A stretch of 64,000 nucleotides of DNA from Octopus vulgaris (lineage: Eukaryota): NCBI GenBank assembly GCA_951406725.2, contig OX597814.1:83948001-84012000 (forward strand). The letters run 5' to 3'. The notes beneath the pieces are model-generated. The model did no database searches and had not been told where the DNA came from. It saw only the letters and a program-made list of their open reading frames with translations. The translations under genes were made by a program, and so were the position numbers. Positions 1 to 12,990 of the stretch are shown one piece after another. Each line of letters starts with the position of its first letter. The stretch's first letter is position 1.

Positions 1-3
1 ATC

Positions 4-1720
4 TTGAACGTGAAAAGTTACCATCAAGAAAACTGGCCCAGAATTGGTGTGGAAGTCTTGATTCAGGTAAATCTGAGAAAATTGAATCCTCGACCAAATA
101 GATCAACCAAACAGACTCAACCGCATGTCATGGGGAAGGGTGGAAGAGCCAGGTGCAATACAAATGGTAGTAGTAACAAACTGGGAGCCTTCAGTCCAAA
201 ACAGAAGCCAAGACATGAACCTGCATACACTACAGCTGCAACATCAATAACACTAGCAGAAAAAACAACAGCTACAACAACTACAACAACAGCAACCATC
301 TTCCTGGGGTAGAATGGTAGCAGGTGGTTCTGTACGTGTGTATGTTGCAAAAGTGGTGCCTTCAGTCCTGTAACAATTTATACACTGACTGGAGTGTCGA
401 TTAGCAAAACCTCTCCAGGCGTTTAGAAATGTTTTAGTGGACGATTGGAATTTCATTTTGGACGCACGCTGAGATAATATGGGAATAGCCGAGAGAAGAC
501 GTGATTGCAAACACATCGGAAACCTATTTGGGAAGTTTCAACTATCTTACGTTGCTAATAGATTTCATCGTAGACATGGACAAACTGCATCAGGTCATCC
601 ACATCGCATATATAGAGTATTTATTAATTCAGCTGATAAGGATAGCATAGAATATTTATAGTTTTGACTAGTCGGTTACACAACTCACAATTTGGGATCT
701 GTACGTTTAACCGAGATGAAAAAAAAAATAGGAATCAACTCGGTTAGTGGAAGCTGAACGCATCGTTCTCAAAGTGGAAAGTCAACAGCGACCTGATTTG
801 TGTAATAGTTAAGCATGAGTCGACAGAGTTGGTTGTCAAAAAAGGAATGATTATCTCCCTCAGAAGAGCCATTAGAGTAGAATCGATGTGATAAAACAAA
901 GGAAATGCGATACAGAACAATAAATTAAAGGAGAGTTTGTCAACAGATTAAGGGAGACGATTATAAAAGATGCTGCAACCGAAATTCTAGCGCAATAACT
1001 GACGCTCGATAATTTCTTCGATGCGAAATATGAAGGTTGCGTTCTCAGAGCTACGGTACGTGTTTTTAGACACGAGGAAAGGAAAGCCGTTTCATGGGTC
1101 CGATTTACGGAAGGGTGACGTGACAACAAAGTCACAATTCAAGTTTTTGATGAACAATGGTGTGCATATGGCTTTGTAATTCCAAGTACAAATGTGCAGT
1201 TTTCCAGCAGCTCTTTCCTCATCTATTTGGGAATAATGATTGACCGGAAATAACCTGCAACGGTTCTCAGTCGAAAAGGGTCAACAAAGACAGCTGAGAT
1301 ATGGGTGATGGCAAATAGTTTGGATGCTTTGATCTACGAGCTGCATGGATACATCAGAGACTTGTTTACCTCTGTTTTGGTAGACATCTCTCGCCATGGC
1401 AGCAGACCTGGAACATTTCTAATTGCCTTAATCGGAGAAGTACTGAGGGAAGATGCGAAGAAAGTAGACATCATTAACAATTTATGGCTCATGACGCAAT
1501 TAAATGTAGAACTTGAGATTTAAGCGAAGGTGCCCGTGAAATGACTGGTGTTTGTCGTTGTTAGTGCAACTGGCTGCATGCGGGCTTGTGAAACATATCT
1601 GTCTATGACAATCTCTACCTCATAGGATACATCGCAGAAAAGTCCTATAATAAGTTTGACTCCTGTGCTCACAGGGATAAATCCAATGCTTTCGTGAGGT
1701 TGCTCATCAGTACTCAGCGA
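4..1720 (+). mobile_element. Degenerate Tx1/L1-clade LINE relic (possible ORF1 remnant, APE endonuclease, start of RT)
   Basis: Frame-broken motifs in the expected order: VLVDDWNFILDAR (~433; GDWN), YRVFIN, VGYTTH (SDH region), G*WKLNASF (~742), KYEGCVLRA (~1027), SLDALIYEL (SPGxDGLPYEF) and NLWLMTQLNVELEI*AKV (NxRPITLLNxDxKILAK). Confidence 0.8.
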
Positions 1721-1852
1721 ATGTCCAACAGTTTTGAAAAGCTGAATTCAATGTACATCAAAAACTATTTTTTTGTCTATCGTCCTTTCTGGATCGACTA
1801 ACCCGTCCTCTCAAAAAATGCCGTCCTTGTGACTAAATAAGAAACAATTTTA

Positions 1853-2790
1853 AAGCAGCGAGTTGGCAGATTCCTAACGGCGTCAGAATAAAACATTTCG
1901 GTATTTGTTTCAGCTCTTGACCATCTGATTTCTAATCCGACCTGTCATCCCTCCAGTACTGATAAAATAAAGTACCTGTCAGATACCTTGGTGACCTTGG
2001 TGGTAACGATTAATCCCCTGCTCAAAAAATTGCTGGCCTTGTGTCTAAATTAGAAAGAATTATTATTATTTCTAAGGTGGTGGATTAGTAGAATTGTTAG
2101 AGGTGTCGGACACATTCTATTGCATATTTGTTCCGGTTCTTTACACTTCTGAATTTAAATCCCGCCAAAGTCAATTTTGTTTTCATCATTTTGGGGTTGA
2201 TAAAACTTATTACCTGGGTTGATTTAATTGTCTAACTTATACCCACAAAATGTTTGTTCTTGTGTTAGAAATATTATTATTATTAGCTAAGAAATATTAG
2301 AAATATTATTATTATTAGCTAAGGCAGCTAGTGGGCAGAATCGTTAGCACGCCGGGCAAAATAATTAGCGGCGTTGCGTCCGTCTTTATGATCCGAGTTT
2401 AAATTCTGCCGGAGTTAACTTTGCCTTTCAACCTTTTGGGGGTCGATGAAATAAGTATCACTGAGGTTGATGTAATCGACTTATCCCCTCCCCCACGAAA
2501 TCGGTGGCCTTCTGCCAAAATTAGATAGAATTATGATTATTGCGAAGATGATGGATTGGTGGAATAGTTAGAGAATCGGACAAAGCGACATGCAGGTATT
2601 AGTTGCTTTCCTTTAGGTTCTGAGTTCAAATCCCGCCGGAGGCCTATTTCTGCCTTCCATCATCCTGGTGTCGAGTTAATCGACTACACTTTCCCACCAA
2701 CCCTCTAAAATTTGTGGCTTTGTGCCAATGTTAGAAATAATAATAATAATAATAATAATAATAATTATTATTATTATTATTATTATATGA
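1853..2790 (+). mobile_element. Head-to-tail array of four diverged Deu/Nin-domain tRNA-derived SINEs with (TTA)/(TAA) linkers
   Basis: Copies at ~1853, 2074, 2320 and 2545 share the head aaggcggcgagctggcagaatcgttagc, the B-box-like gagttcaaattc, the gcctttcatcctttcggggtcgataaaataagtacc core and the ggccttgtgccaaaattagaaa end. Confidence 0.85.
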
Positions 2791-3252
2791 CCCAGTTGTC
2801 AGGATAACCTTATGTATGTTCCAGAACTAAAATAAACAAATTTATCTCAAATCTTATCTCTGTCAGATTTCAGTGATGTCTAACCGATATCTATAATTAA
2901 CCGCTTCCAAATTACTGTCTGCAGATATAAGACGCTAAAATAATATTTCTGTTTTATTTAGTTTACATTCCACTAGCACCCTTTACATTCGATTCTTTAA
3001 AAAAAAACATTCCTAATTATAAAGTTGTTCCTCCTCTCTTCGTTAAACATCAACCGAGCCGTACAAAGTCAGAAAAGTTCTGTGCTCAGGATCAATCGGA
3101 CACTTTAGATAGCTTCTTGATAAAATCTTTATTTTTAATCATTTATTTTATTTTATATTAAATAATACAAACAACAACCACAGCAACAATGTCGATGACC
3201 ATGACGATGATGAAAGCAGCAACATCAGCAACAACAGCAACAACAACAACAG

Positions 3253-3440
3253 TGGAGGCGCAATGGCCCAGTGGTTAGGACAGCGGACTCGCGGTCGTAC
3301 GAACGCGGTTTCGATTCCCAGACCGGGCATAGTGAGTGTTTATTGAGCAAAAGCACCTAACTCTACGAGGCACCGGCGGCGAGGAGGGTTTGAACCCGCT
3401 GTACTCTTTCACCACAACTTTCTCTCACTCTTTCTTCCTA
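3253..3440 (+). mobile_element. tRNA-derived SINE, 5' part (second family)
   Basis: A-box tggcccagtggtt and B-box ggtttcgattccc in a tRNA-like head, followed by a non-tRNA body (gtgagtgtttattgagc...). Confidence 0.75.
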
Positions 3441-3726
3441 CTTCTGCTATAAAGCAGAGGAACCATGGTACAACCCATGGTGTGGTAAACTTTCAGACCC
3501 TAGTCTATATTGCGAATCCTCTGTACCCCAGGATGGTTCAGCTCCCCACCCCGTTAAAAGCCACCGTTTACAGAATGAGGATAACAACGTAGTTTTCCCG
3601 CCTGTGCAACCACCAGTCTATCGTGTGTTGTGGGTGGATCTTCAAGTTGCCACACGCATTCTTAGTAGCTTAGAGTAGGGTCGAATTAGAGAGTATTCTT
3701 TGTGGCTAATGGCGTGAGTCCTGATT

Positions 3727-4150
3727 GAAGAAGAAGAAGAAGAAGAAGAAGAAGAAGAAGAAGAAGAAGAAGAAGACGACGACGACAACAAGAACAGTAC
3801 AAACTAATGTCAAGGCCTCCAGGTGGCCGCTCGTTCTATTAGTGGAAATGGCAACCAAATCAGAAGAGTGTATTGGTTAATTTTCCCTTAGATAAGCAAT
3901 GTTCGAGAAAATGACAAGCTGGTAATGGCTTGAACATCTTTGATCGTTGGTCTGTTCAGGCAGGGTTGGCCTGGGGTTGAGAAACAAGAACAAGAACTAG
4001 AATAGCAACAACAACAGCAGCAGCAGCAGCAGCAACTGCAGCAGTAACAGCAGCAGTAGCAGCAGCAGCAACAACAAAACAATAACAACTGTAGTAGTAT
4101 CAGCATCAATGACGTCGTCATCGTCCTCCTCCTCCTCCTCCTCCTCCTCC

Positions 4151-4207
<57 letters not shown>

Positions 4208-4410
4208 AGTCGTCGTCGTCGTCGTCGTCAGCAGCAGCAGAAAAGGAAGAAGAAAAAGAAAACAAGAGAAAGAAGATAGTTGTGTAGTCCCAGGCCAATC
4301 CTGATAAAGGCGGTGGTGATGACGGTGATGATGATGATGATGATGATGCTGATGATGATGATGATGACGACGACGGTGGTGGTGGTGGTGGTGGTGGTGG
4401 CGGTGATTAT
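3727..4410. repeat. Compound trinucleotide microsatellite block ((GAA)n, (CAG)n, (CCT)n, (CAT)n, (GAT)n, (GGT)n) interrupted by an old repeat
   Basis: Directly visible; explains the poly-M/H/C/R ORFs. Confidence 0.95.
3809..3995 (+). mobile_element. Old interspersed SINE-like repeat. Other copies at ~6330-6550(-), 21688-21760(-), 26490-26667(+), 39090-39440(+, two), 49400-49560(+), 54340-54440(-)
   Basis: Shared motifs gaaatagcagccaaa... and ggctggaa.atctttgatcataggt...gacctggggctaaacaacaac. Confidence 0.6.
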
Positions 4411-4481
4411 GTAGAAGAAGAAAAAATGTAAATAAAAGTACGAGAGGGGAAATAAATAAATAAACAGAGCGTTGCAACCAA

Positions 4482-4698
4482 TATTGTAAAATGGCGCAAG
4501 GCGTGAAACTGAGGTTGGGTGGATATAGTCGATTATATATATCATGCTTGGATTTGACTGGAACTTATTTCATCGAACCCGGAAGGATGAAAGGCAAGTC
4601 GACTTTAGAAGTGTTTGAACTTAGAACGTAAAGAGGCTAAACTAAATACCACAAAGCATTTTGTCCGGTGCTCTACCAATTCTAAAGATCCACTGCTC
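4482..4698 (-). mobile_element. Deu/Nin-type SINE
   Basis: Reverse complement of the family consensus (aaggatgaaaggcaagtcgact...gaacttagaacgtaaag). Confidence 0.8.
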
Positions 4699-4730
4699 AC
4701 GAAATGATAATTATAGAAGGTTAAAATTTG

Positions 4731-5090
4731 TCTCAACACACGAATTCATATAAAGAATCTTGCAAACCAAATACATTTTTTTACTTCTTGCAAAATTTTT
4801 TACTTCTTGCAAAAACGAAGTAAAAAATTTTAAACTTTAGATCAAAATCTGAGTGAAGGGGGATATCATTTACATAAAAGTGTGTTAAATTTGACTGTAA
4901 GCAAATCAAAAAAAAAAAAGAAAGAAATAGTGTGGGAGGCATAACCGGATCTTGGGGTAAACCAGAGTTTATAAAATGTAAAAAATCAGAGAAACTCGGC
5001 GATACACGCTTTAATGGTGCAGTCTGACAGTAAGTTTCTGATTTAATGAATGATAGACGAATATTGACCATAGTTAACCACTTCGCTCGG
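4731..5090. mobile_element. Interspersed repeat fragment, probably Penelope-like; same family as 36762-36932
   Basis: tcaacacacgaattcatataaagaatcttgcaaaccaaat is nearly identical to 36894-36933. Confidence 0.5.
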
Positions 5091-5263
5091 AAGTTCTCAC
5101 ACCAATCCCAATCAGTCTTTTTTTAATGTCAAGTGCAAAACTATTGCTTTCACTAAAATTCTCAAGTGAAAGCGATCACGCGTTAATGATACAGAAAAAC
5201 AAGTCTCCAGTAGCTTTATAGAAACTATGCCGGTGATCATCGAAGAGGGAGAAAGAAAAACAG

Positions 5264-5311
<48 letters not shown>

Positions 5312-5360
5312 GAGAAAGGGAGAGAGTTAGAGAGAGAGAAAGGGGAAAAGGGAGAGAAAG

Positions 5361-5409
<49 letters not shown>

Positions 5410-5479
5410 AAGATAGAGATATAGGGTTTGTAAAAATAGGAACGAGGCATGAAATGTGATGTTCAATAGCAATTGAATG

Positions 5480-7050
5480 GTCGCAGTCGGGTTGGTAACT
5501 TAGAGTGATTTTTCCCTCCTGGCTACTGTGTGTATGAGGTGATGAGACTATGAGAGTCGAGAAGGAGAGCTTGGGGAAATTTTTCTTAAATGAGTGCAGT
5601 GGGCAATAAGTGTAGAAACTTTTTCAATAAGAGTACTATTGAGTGTCACTTTTGTATTGGGTAGGGAGATTATACAAAGTTAAGGTTCCTTGACAAAGGA
5701 TCCGAAATGATTGCCAAGGTTTAGCTTGCAGTCTATGAAATACCCAGAAACATCGTTTCTTTTTCTCATTGTAGTCTTGCATAATGCAGTAGTGGGATCT
5801 GCATTTCAGTTGGCGATAGTAAATGCCTTCCACAAGTAATTCCTAAGTAAAGACTAGATCAGGGAGTAGGGGAAGAATTCAAGTCTATTTATTGTGCCAG
5901 TGTGTCCGTCACTTGTTCTGAAGACTAGTTAATTCAGAGATTCTAGATAGATAAAGGATTCAGCTTCTGCTAGGAGTTGTGCAGTTTGAAGTTATAGGTA
6001 TGATGACTTAATAGAGAAATGAGGTGAGATAGCTGCCTTCAATGCTAGAAGTAGGGTTAGGGTTAGTCAAAGAAATGTTGATGACTGGAAGAGTTGGGGT
6101 TTGGCAGATACTTCATATGAATGTAAAGAAATAGATTTTGAGAGCCAAAATAAGTGGAGTTCTTTGTTGCTGACGTCCAGGTGAGAAAGGTGAGTGATGA
6201 GAAAGTAGATTAGACGCACACACAGAGATTATCTTTCCGAGTAAAATTAGAAGATACGTTATAACCTTGATATGTTGAGAGTAGATGAGATATTTGTTTG
6301 ACGAGAGAGGAATGAGAGTGGCTTGTGCATTGTTGCTGTTAATGTTTAGCTCCTGATTAACTCTGAATATACCTCTGATCTAAAGGTGTTCTATCCATAA
6401 CCATCCTATATTCATGTTTATAAGATATAGTCTCTAGGATCACATTATTCGGTAAGTTCTTCCATAAGATGGTACGATGTGACTTGAAGGAAATTTGACT
6501 GCTCTGTCAAGTTAAAAAGCTATATAGAGGCTCTTTTCGTTGACTTGCTCATTAGCAGGAGGTAATGGTTGAGGTCAGGGTGCACTGAAGTCCATGAATG
6601 TTTGTGAAGAGGAGGAAAAATTGTTCAGAAGATATAACGAGATTCTTATTTTCTTTCATTGTAACATTTACGTTTCTTTTATTTGTGGGAAGAGAAAGAG
6701 CAAACCATCTAAAAATCAATCAAACCATCTAAAATCATGTAACATATGTAGGCCATCTAAAATCGGATCGAGTGGGCTTCTTGTAATCCAGTATTCACAA
6801 GGGTGCCATTTTAAAACTACGGCAGAGAAACAAGAGACAGTGGATTAGCTAACAAGGTTACTTACGAAGAGGTTACTCATTGGACCGGGTCTCTTTTCGG
6901 TCTGGTTGCATTTTTACATTTTGATATACAGTGGTACTTCCTGAGTTTTCCTTTTTTTCTTTAGGTATAGTGTAAATAGGGATACATTATCTAATGTTTA
7001 TCCATCCAAAACGGAAGAGATGTAAATGCCATTTCTAGAAAGCTGAGCGA
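5480..7050 (-). mobile_element. Highly decayed CR1/L2-like LINE RT relic, interrupted by an old SINE-like repeat
   Basis: Minus-strand remnants LLANPLSL (~6850), ISLHSY (YADD region, ~6125), ESFIYL and LYNLP (C-terminal xNxLP). Only weak motifs. Confidence 0.4.
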
Positions 7051-8446
7051 TCGTGTAAATTTATGATTCAGTTGGTTGTTGACTTAAATACTCTCTCAAA
7101 GGATCAGTTATTCGTGAAGTAAATGCAATAACATAAAACATTATTCTTTGAAAATCACAGTCATCGCTGAAATTACTTGTTCCTGCTGCTGCTGTTGTTG
7201 TAGATGGATTGTTGCCAGTGGATTTATGGTATAAAGGTTGCGAATATGTTGAATCAGGGTTTCTCGCTCTAATCAACTTCTCTTTATTGTATGATACATG
7301 CTTCAAAATTTATTATTTAAAACACGTAGACCTCATTTCATAGTTGGTAAAAAGTTTGATGAAGAAGATTTGTTGACTAGATTGAATAAATCGAGCAAAT
7401 ATACAGAAACTTTCTCTCGGTAAATCAAAAGAAATCAAGAAAACTGTCCATGAAAGAGTTCTCGAGAGTAAACGTGACACAAGCAAAATTCGAAAATAAA
7501 AATGTGGGGTGGGGGGAATTATTTTACACTATAAGCTTGAGTAATAAAGAAAATAAGATTCATAAACACCTTCTCTTTTACCTGTTATTGTTTCTGTTGG
7601 AATCACAACTTATAGTATACTTATATGGTCATGGCCATTAAACCTTACCATACCAAGTTAAAATGAAGGGTATGTTGGCTGATGTAGTGTTGGTCACATT
7701 ATCTGCAAATAAGATTGGATGGTTGTGGCTGAAACACTTTAATCATTAAGTAAAATCCAGAAACGGGAGAATCCGGTGTGGATCACAACACCCCGGGCTC
7801 TGTAAATCTCTTGCTCCGTAAACTTATAGTTTACTTTTTCAGCTCTATGGTCCTCCTTTCACTTCCTTCGTTCATTATTGTAATTACCCTTGTATAACAG
7901 TATACAGACTGTCCCTTCTTTATCTTGACAAAACGCCTGTGCTCGAGTTGATAATTGTTCTTTATCCGCGAGGCAATTATATATGCACTCCATTTATGAT
8001 AATTAATTTTTTGTTACTACTATTCTTAATTTAATTATAGGGCTACCTGACCTGGAGTTAAATAATGATAACAAGAAAAATATACATTTAATGGCTGTTA
8101 AGATTTCTGAGTTTAAGTTAGAGTCAATGGTAGTACTCGTTAAAATGGCTACTGTTACGTAAAAACTCGATACTACAGATATCTGTTTGGTAGACTGAAT
8201 GTGTAGTGAATATCTACAACAGCGTTTCTTAGACATTTACCTACCTCTACGTAGTACACGACAGTTTCTATACAGCTATATAGATATCTATAGTTAGTAT
8301 GTAACTAACTACTATCAATAGTTAATGGTGTCACTATATTAAGTTTACATATGTACAAACTTCCTTTCTTCAATTACTACCTACAGGCTCTTTGTACGAA
8401 ACAAATATAACAGAAGATTTGTAGGTTTTGCATTTATCTTGTATAT

Positions 8447-8665
8447 GACGGCAAGCTGGGAGAATCGTTAGTACGCAGGGCAACATACTTAGCGACATTT
8501 CGTCCATCTTTATATTCTGAGTTCAAATTCTGCCAATGTGGACTTTACATTTCATCCTTTCAAGATCGATAAAAATAAAGTATCAGTTGAGCACTGGGAG
8601 ATTGACGTAATCGACTTACTCTCTCGCCCCGAAATTGCTGGCTTTGTGCCAAAATTTGAAATCAA
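8447..8665 (+). mobile_element. Deu/Nin-type SINE
   Basis: Full-length match to the family consensus. Confidence 0.85.
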
Positions 8666-9349
8666 TATTTACAAATTGTGTCCATGTAGCAGGCGTCGCC
8701 AGATTCTCTGTATGACTACTTTTCAGTCGGCGTGTAATCTACACACTGTCAGTATCTGGTTTAATGCGAAAGAAAAACAATTAATAAAGACGAATAAAAT
8801 TCTATCAGAATTATGACGTTGTTTTCTTTTGTTTTTGTCAGATGTTAGATAAAAATAGTACGATATAATGACGAACAGTTCCCATGTTACGATGCCATGA
8901 AACATATTCTGTCATGTATTAAATGAATATATTTATAAACTTTACATCATTGCTACCAGGGAAGAGGAAAATGAGATAGGAGAGAAGAGGGAAGGCGTCG
9001 AAAGGAAAATAAATCGCTGCATGACTTCTAAATATACACCGTCAATTCCTTTACATTGAAATAAACTGTCAGATGCAGAAGATCTAGCGTCTTATGGGTT
9101 GAATTTCAAACATTGGGGGGACAGCCATGGAAATAATAGCAAGGAACTCGATGGAACCGAAATATAAATATCAACGTATTTTACTCTATTCACAGTGACA
9201 GATCCACTCCTATTTTGAGGGCCATTAGATGCGGATTTCATTTAGCTTTCTTTCGTAATCATAAATAATGTCGATATTTTCGCATCCAATACCTGGGTTT
9301 CTTTTTTATATATTGAATCCCTTCCTTTCTCATACCCAGGCATAAACAG

Positions 9350-9350
<1 letters not shown>

Positions 9351-9436
<86 letters not shown>

Positions 9437-9666
9437 TAATAAAGAAAACAATAATTCTTTCTACTATGGACACAAAGTCTGAAATTTTGAGGTGTGGGAA
9501 ATCGATTACATCGACCTCAGTGTTTCAACTGGTATTTATGTTTATCGATCCTGAAATGATGAAAGGCAAAGTCAATCTGGGCAAAATTTGAACTCAGAAC
9601 GTAAAGCCGGAAGAAATGACGCTAAACATTTTGTCTGGCGTGCTAACGATTGACAACTCTCTACCT

Positions 9667-9754
<88 letters not shown>

Positions 9755-9798
9755 GATGGTGGTGGTGGTGGTAGTAGTAGTAATAGTAGTAGTAGTAA

Positions 9799-9833
<35 letters not shown>
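9351..9833 (-). mobile_element. Deu/Nin-type SINE (9451-9665) flanked by (TA)n and (AGT)n microsatellites
   Basis: Reverse-complement consensus; microsatellites are directly visible. Confidence 0.85.
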
Positions 9834-9834
<1 letters not shown>

Positions 9835-9867
9835 GAAATTACTCTCGTGGCTTCTGATCTTAACTGA

Positions 9868-10230
9868 TTGAAAGTGTTGTGATGTACATGCTTTGTGTTG
9901 GTGTAAAAGATGGACTACAGTAAATGCCCTGCTCAGTACCACAGATTTGCTTGTCATTTGCATGACCATGACCACCAGAACATGTCCCTTTGCAGCTAAC
10001 GATATGTGCACCTCTGATCACAAGCTGAAGTAGTAGGAGAACATCATAGCCATGTGTTGAGAGGAATTCTTTGAGGTTTGAATAATTCACCTCTGGAAAC
10101 GGGTGTTTCGTTCAACATCATTAAACAACCCTTATTCAAGAACCTTTTGAGCGGGATGGGCTACTCGACCTGAACAAAATTCTAACTGGACCTCACCTGC
10201 ATGTCACCCGCTGTCTATCTTGATGTGAAA
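9868..10230. mobile_element. Interspersed repeat; second copy at 15057-15485
   Basis: Shared accacagatttgcttgtca, atatgtgca.ctctgat, agccatgtgtt.agaggaatt and gggtgtttcgttcaacatc. Confidence 0.8.
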
Positions 10231-10313
10231 TCCTCAAAATTGCTGGCCTTGTCCCCAAATTTGACAGAATATTATAAAGGTGCATCTGACTGCTACACGA
10301 ATATTAGTATCAC

Positions 10314-10525
10314 AAGGGCAGCGAGCAAGCCGAATCGATTGCACGCCGGGCAAAATTCTTAGCGGCATTTCGTCAGTCTTTTCGTTCGGTCTGAGTTCAA
10401 ATTTCTCCGAAGTCGACTTTGCTTTCATCCTTTCGGGTTCGATGAAATAAGTACCGGTTGAATACTGGGGGTGGGGCGATTACATCGATTTACTTGCTGG
10501 CCTTGTGCCAAAATTTGAAACCAAT
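10314..10525 (+). mobile_element. Deu/Nin-type SINE
   Basis: Consensus match. Confidence 0.85.
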
Positions 10526-10559
10526 ATCAGTGTCACGATAATTTTCGATATATTGGATA

Positions 10560-10803
10560 AAGGTAAAAGTAAAGTTTCTTTCTAGTGTCACACCGACCGA
10601 CTGACAAGGGCTATTTTCCCGGTTTCCATGGCGTATAAATTTCCTGGTTTGCCGGATTACTCTTTTTTGCCAGCTGAGTGGACTACTGGAACAAAGTGAA
10701 ATGAAGCGTTTTGCTCAAGAATATAACGCGTCGCTCGGTCCAGGAATGGAAACTACAACCTTACGATCATGAGTTCAACGTCCTTACCACAAAGCCACGC
10801 GCT
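10560..10803 (-). mobile_element. tRNA-derived SINE (third family); related copy at 24213-24540(+)
   Basis: Minus strand gcgtggctttgtggtaagg...tcatgatcgtaagg...ttcttgagcaaaacgcttcatttcactttgttccag matches the 24.2-kb copy ttcttgagcaagacactttatttcacgttgctccag. Confidence 0.7.
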
Positions 10804-10979
10804 TTTACTCTTTTCATATATTTGGTAAAATTTACTTGAAATACCTAACAAACAAGTAAAATCTACCAATAATAATCAGTATAATCTAGAAACATCGCAT
10901 TTTAAAATTTCAATGTTCCATGTTACAAATTGCAAGGCTCAATTCAATCCTATTATTTACGAAGTGGAGCATTTCGTAA

Positions 10980-11830
10980 TAATAATTCTTTCTGCAATAG
11001 GTAAAAGGCTTGGAATTTTGGGGGTGGGGCAGGGGTAGGATAAGTCGTTACATTGATCACTGTGCTCAACTAGTACTTATTTTATCGATCCCCAAAGGAT
11101 ATAAGGCAAAGTTAACCCAATGGAATTTGAAAGTTGCTAAGTATTTTGTCCGGCGTGCTAACGATTCTTATTTCTTTACTTCCCACAGGGGGCCAAACAT
11201 AGAGAGGACAAATAAGGACAGACAAAAAGATTAAGTCGATTACATCAACCCCAGTACACAACTGGTACTTAATTTATCGACCCTGAAAGGATGAAAGGCA
11301 AAGTCGACTTCGACGGAATTTGAACTCAGAACGTAATGGCAGACGAAATACCTATTTCTTCATTACCCCCAAGGGGCTAAACACAGAGGGGACAAACAAG
11401 GACAGACAAACGGATTAAGTCGATTATATCGACCCCAGTGCGCAACTGGTACTTAATTTTATCGACCCCGAAAGGATGAAAGGCAAAGTCGACCTCGGCG
11501 GAATTTGAACTCACAACGTAACGGCAGACGAAATACGGCTACGCATTTCGCCCGGCGTGCTAACGTTTCTGCCAGCTCGCCGCCTTAAAGCGAACTTTAT
11601 AATAATAATAATGATTTCTGAGTTAGGCACAAGGCCAACAAATTTGAGGGGTGGGTGTTAATCGATACCATCGATTCCAGTAATTGACTTGCACTTTATT
11701 TTAACGACATTCGGAAGAGATGAAAGGCAAAGTTGACTTTGGTGGGATTTGAAGCCAGAACGTAAAGAGATAGAACAAATACCGCAATACAGTTTCATTT
11801 CTGACGTTCTGTCGTTTTTACCAGCTCATC
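10980..11830 (-). mobile_element. Array of four Deu/Nin-type SINE units including a young long-tailed subfamily
   Basis: Repeated atcgaccccgaaaggatgaaaggcaaagtcgacctcggcggaatttgaactc and the tail ggggctaaacacagaggggacaaacaaggacagacaaacgg. Confidence 0.9.
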
Positions 11831-12406
11831 ATTCTCTGTATAAACTCGATGTCTATGATTAAAGGGATTTTCCTCTTTTAACTATTATGCTGTCCTCCTC
11901 TGCAAAACAATAAGTAAATAAAAAAAACCCCCAAAAAACCCCCCCAAAACAAAACAAGAAACAGATAATTGCATAGGACTGAAAAACCTAATTTTTTCAA
12001 TTTACTGTTTGTCATAGATTCTGTTTAATGAAACGTTGAGAGTTTTCCAAGATCGTATCTCTAGTATGCATGAGGCATGGTCCAGGGAATTCAAATATCC
12101 ATTCTCCGACAAAAGGCAGTCAGTCGATTTACGGTGTCTTGTTGTAGGATTGAGGTATAACGTATGAAACATTAAAATCGTTCAGATTCTTAAATCTGGC
12201 GACTCACGCGGGTATTTTTTTTTCAATATCTGTACATTTATAGGTGCAACTTCCCTGTGTTCTTAGAAAGTTCGTTTCGCAACAGCGAGATTTCTGGACC
12301 TGTCCTATTGCGCGGCACTATGTGCAAATGTTTTCTACTACAGCCTTAGCCGACTGTCATGTGAATGAATTTGATGGCCGGTAGCGATGCAGAAGCCCAT
12401 CATTTA

Positions 12407-12958
12407 TACATACATACATACATACATACATACATACATACATACATACATACATACATGCATACATGCATACATGCATACATACATACATATATACATA
12501 CATACATACATGCATACATGCATACATACATACATACATACATACATACACACATACATACATACACACATACATACACACATACATGCATACATACATA
12601 CATACATACGCACATACATACATACACACATACATACATACATACATACATGCATACATACATACATACATACATACATACATACATACATACATACATA
12701 CATGCATACATACATACATACAAGCACACACCTACATAGATACACACATATTTTGATTGACCAAGATGTGCTATGGGATCGCACTCGAAAGCAAACGGTT
12801 GCAGTGAAAACTTCTTAATTACACAGTCATGCCTTTCGCTATCTTCTCTTTCCTTCTCTTTCTCTATTCATTACACACGCAGTGCACACATACATGCATA
12901 CATACATACATACATACATACATACATACATACATACATACATACATACATACATACA

Positions 12959-12989
<31 letters not shown>

Positions 12990-12990
12990 G
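12407..12990. repeat. (CATA)n tetranucleotide microsatellites
   Basis: Directly visible. Confidence 0.97.

Noticed and set aside
3253-3330. tRNA-like heads here and at 24213 and 34641 as tRNA genes
   Set aside because: Each runs into a multi-copy SINE body, and no complete cloverleaf with a terminator is evident.
3888-4545. Poly-His/Met/Cys ORFs
   Set aside because: Trinucleotide microsatellites, with no splice or codon evidence for an exon.
6052-6066. TTAGGG-like repeat
   Set aside because: Only about two units; chance occurrence.
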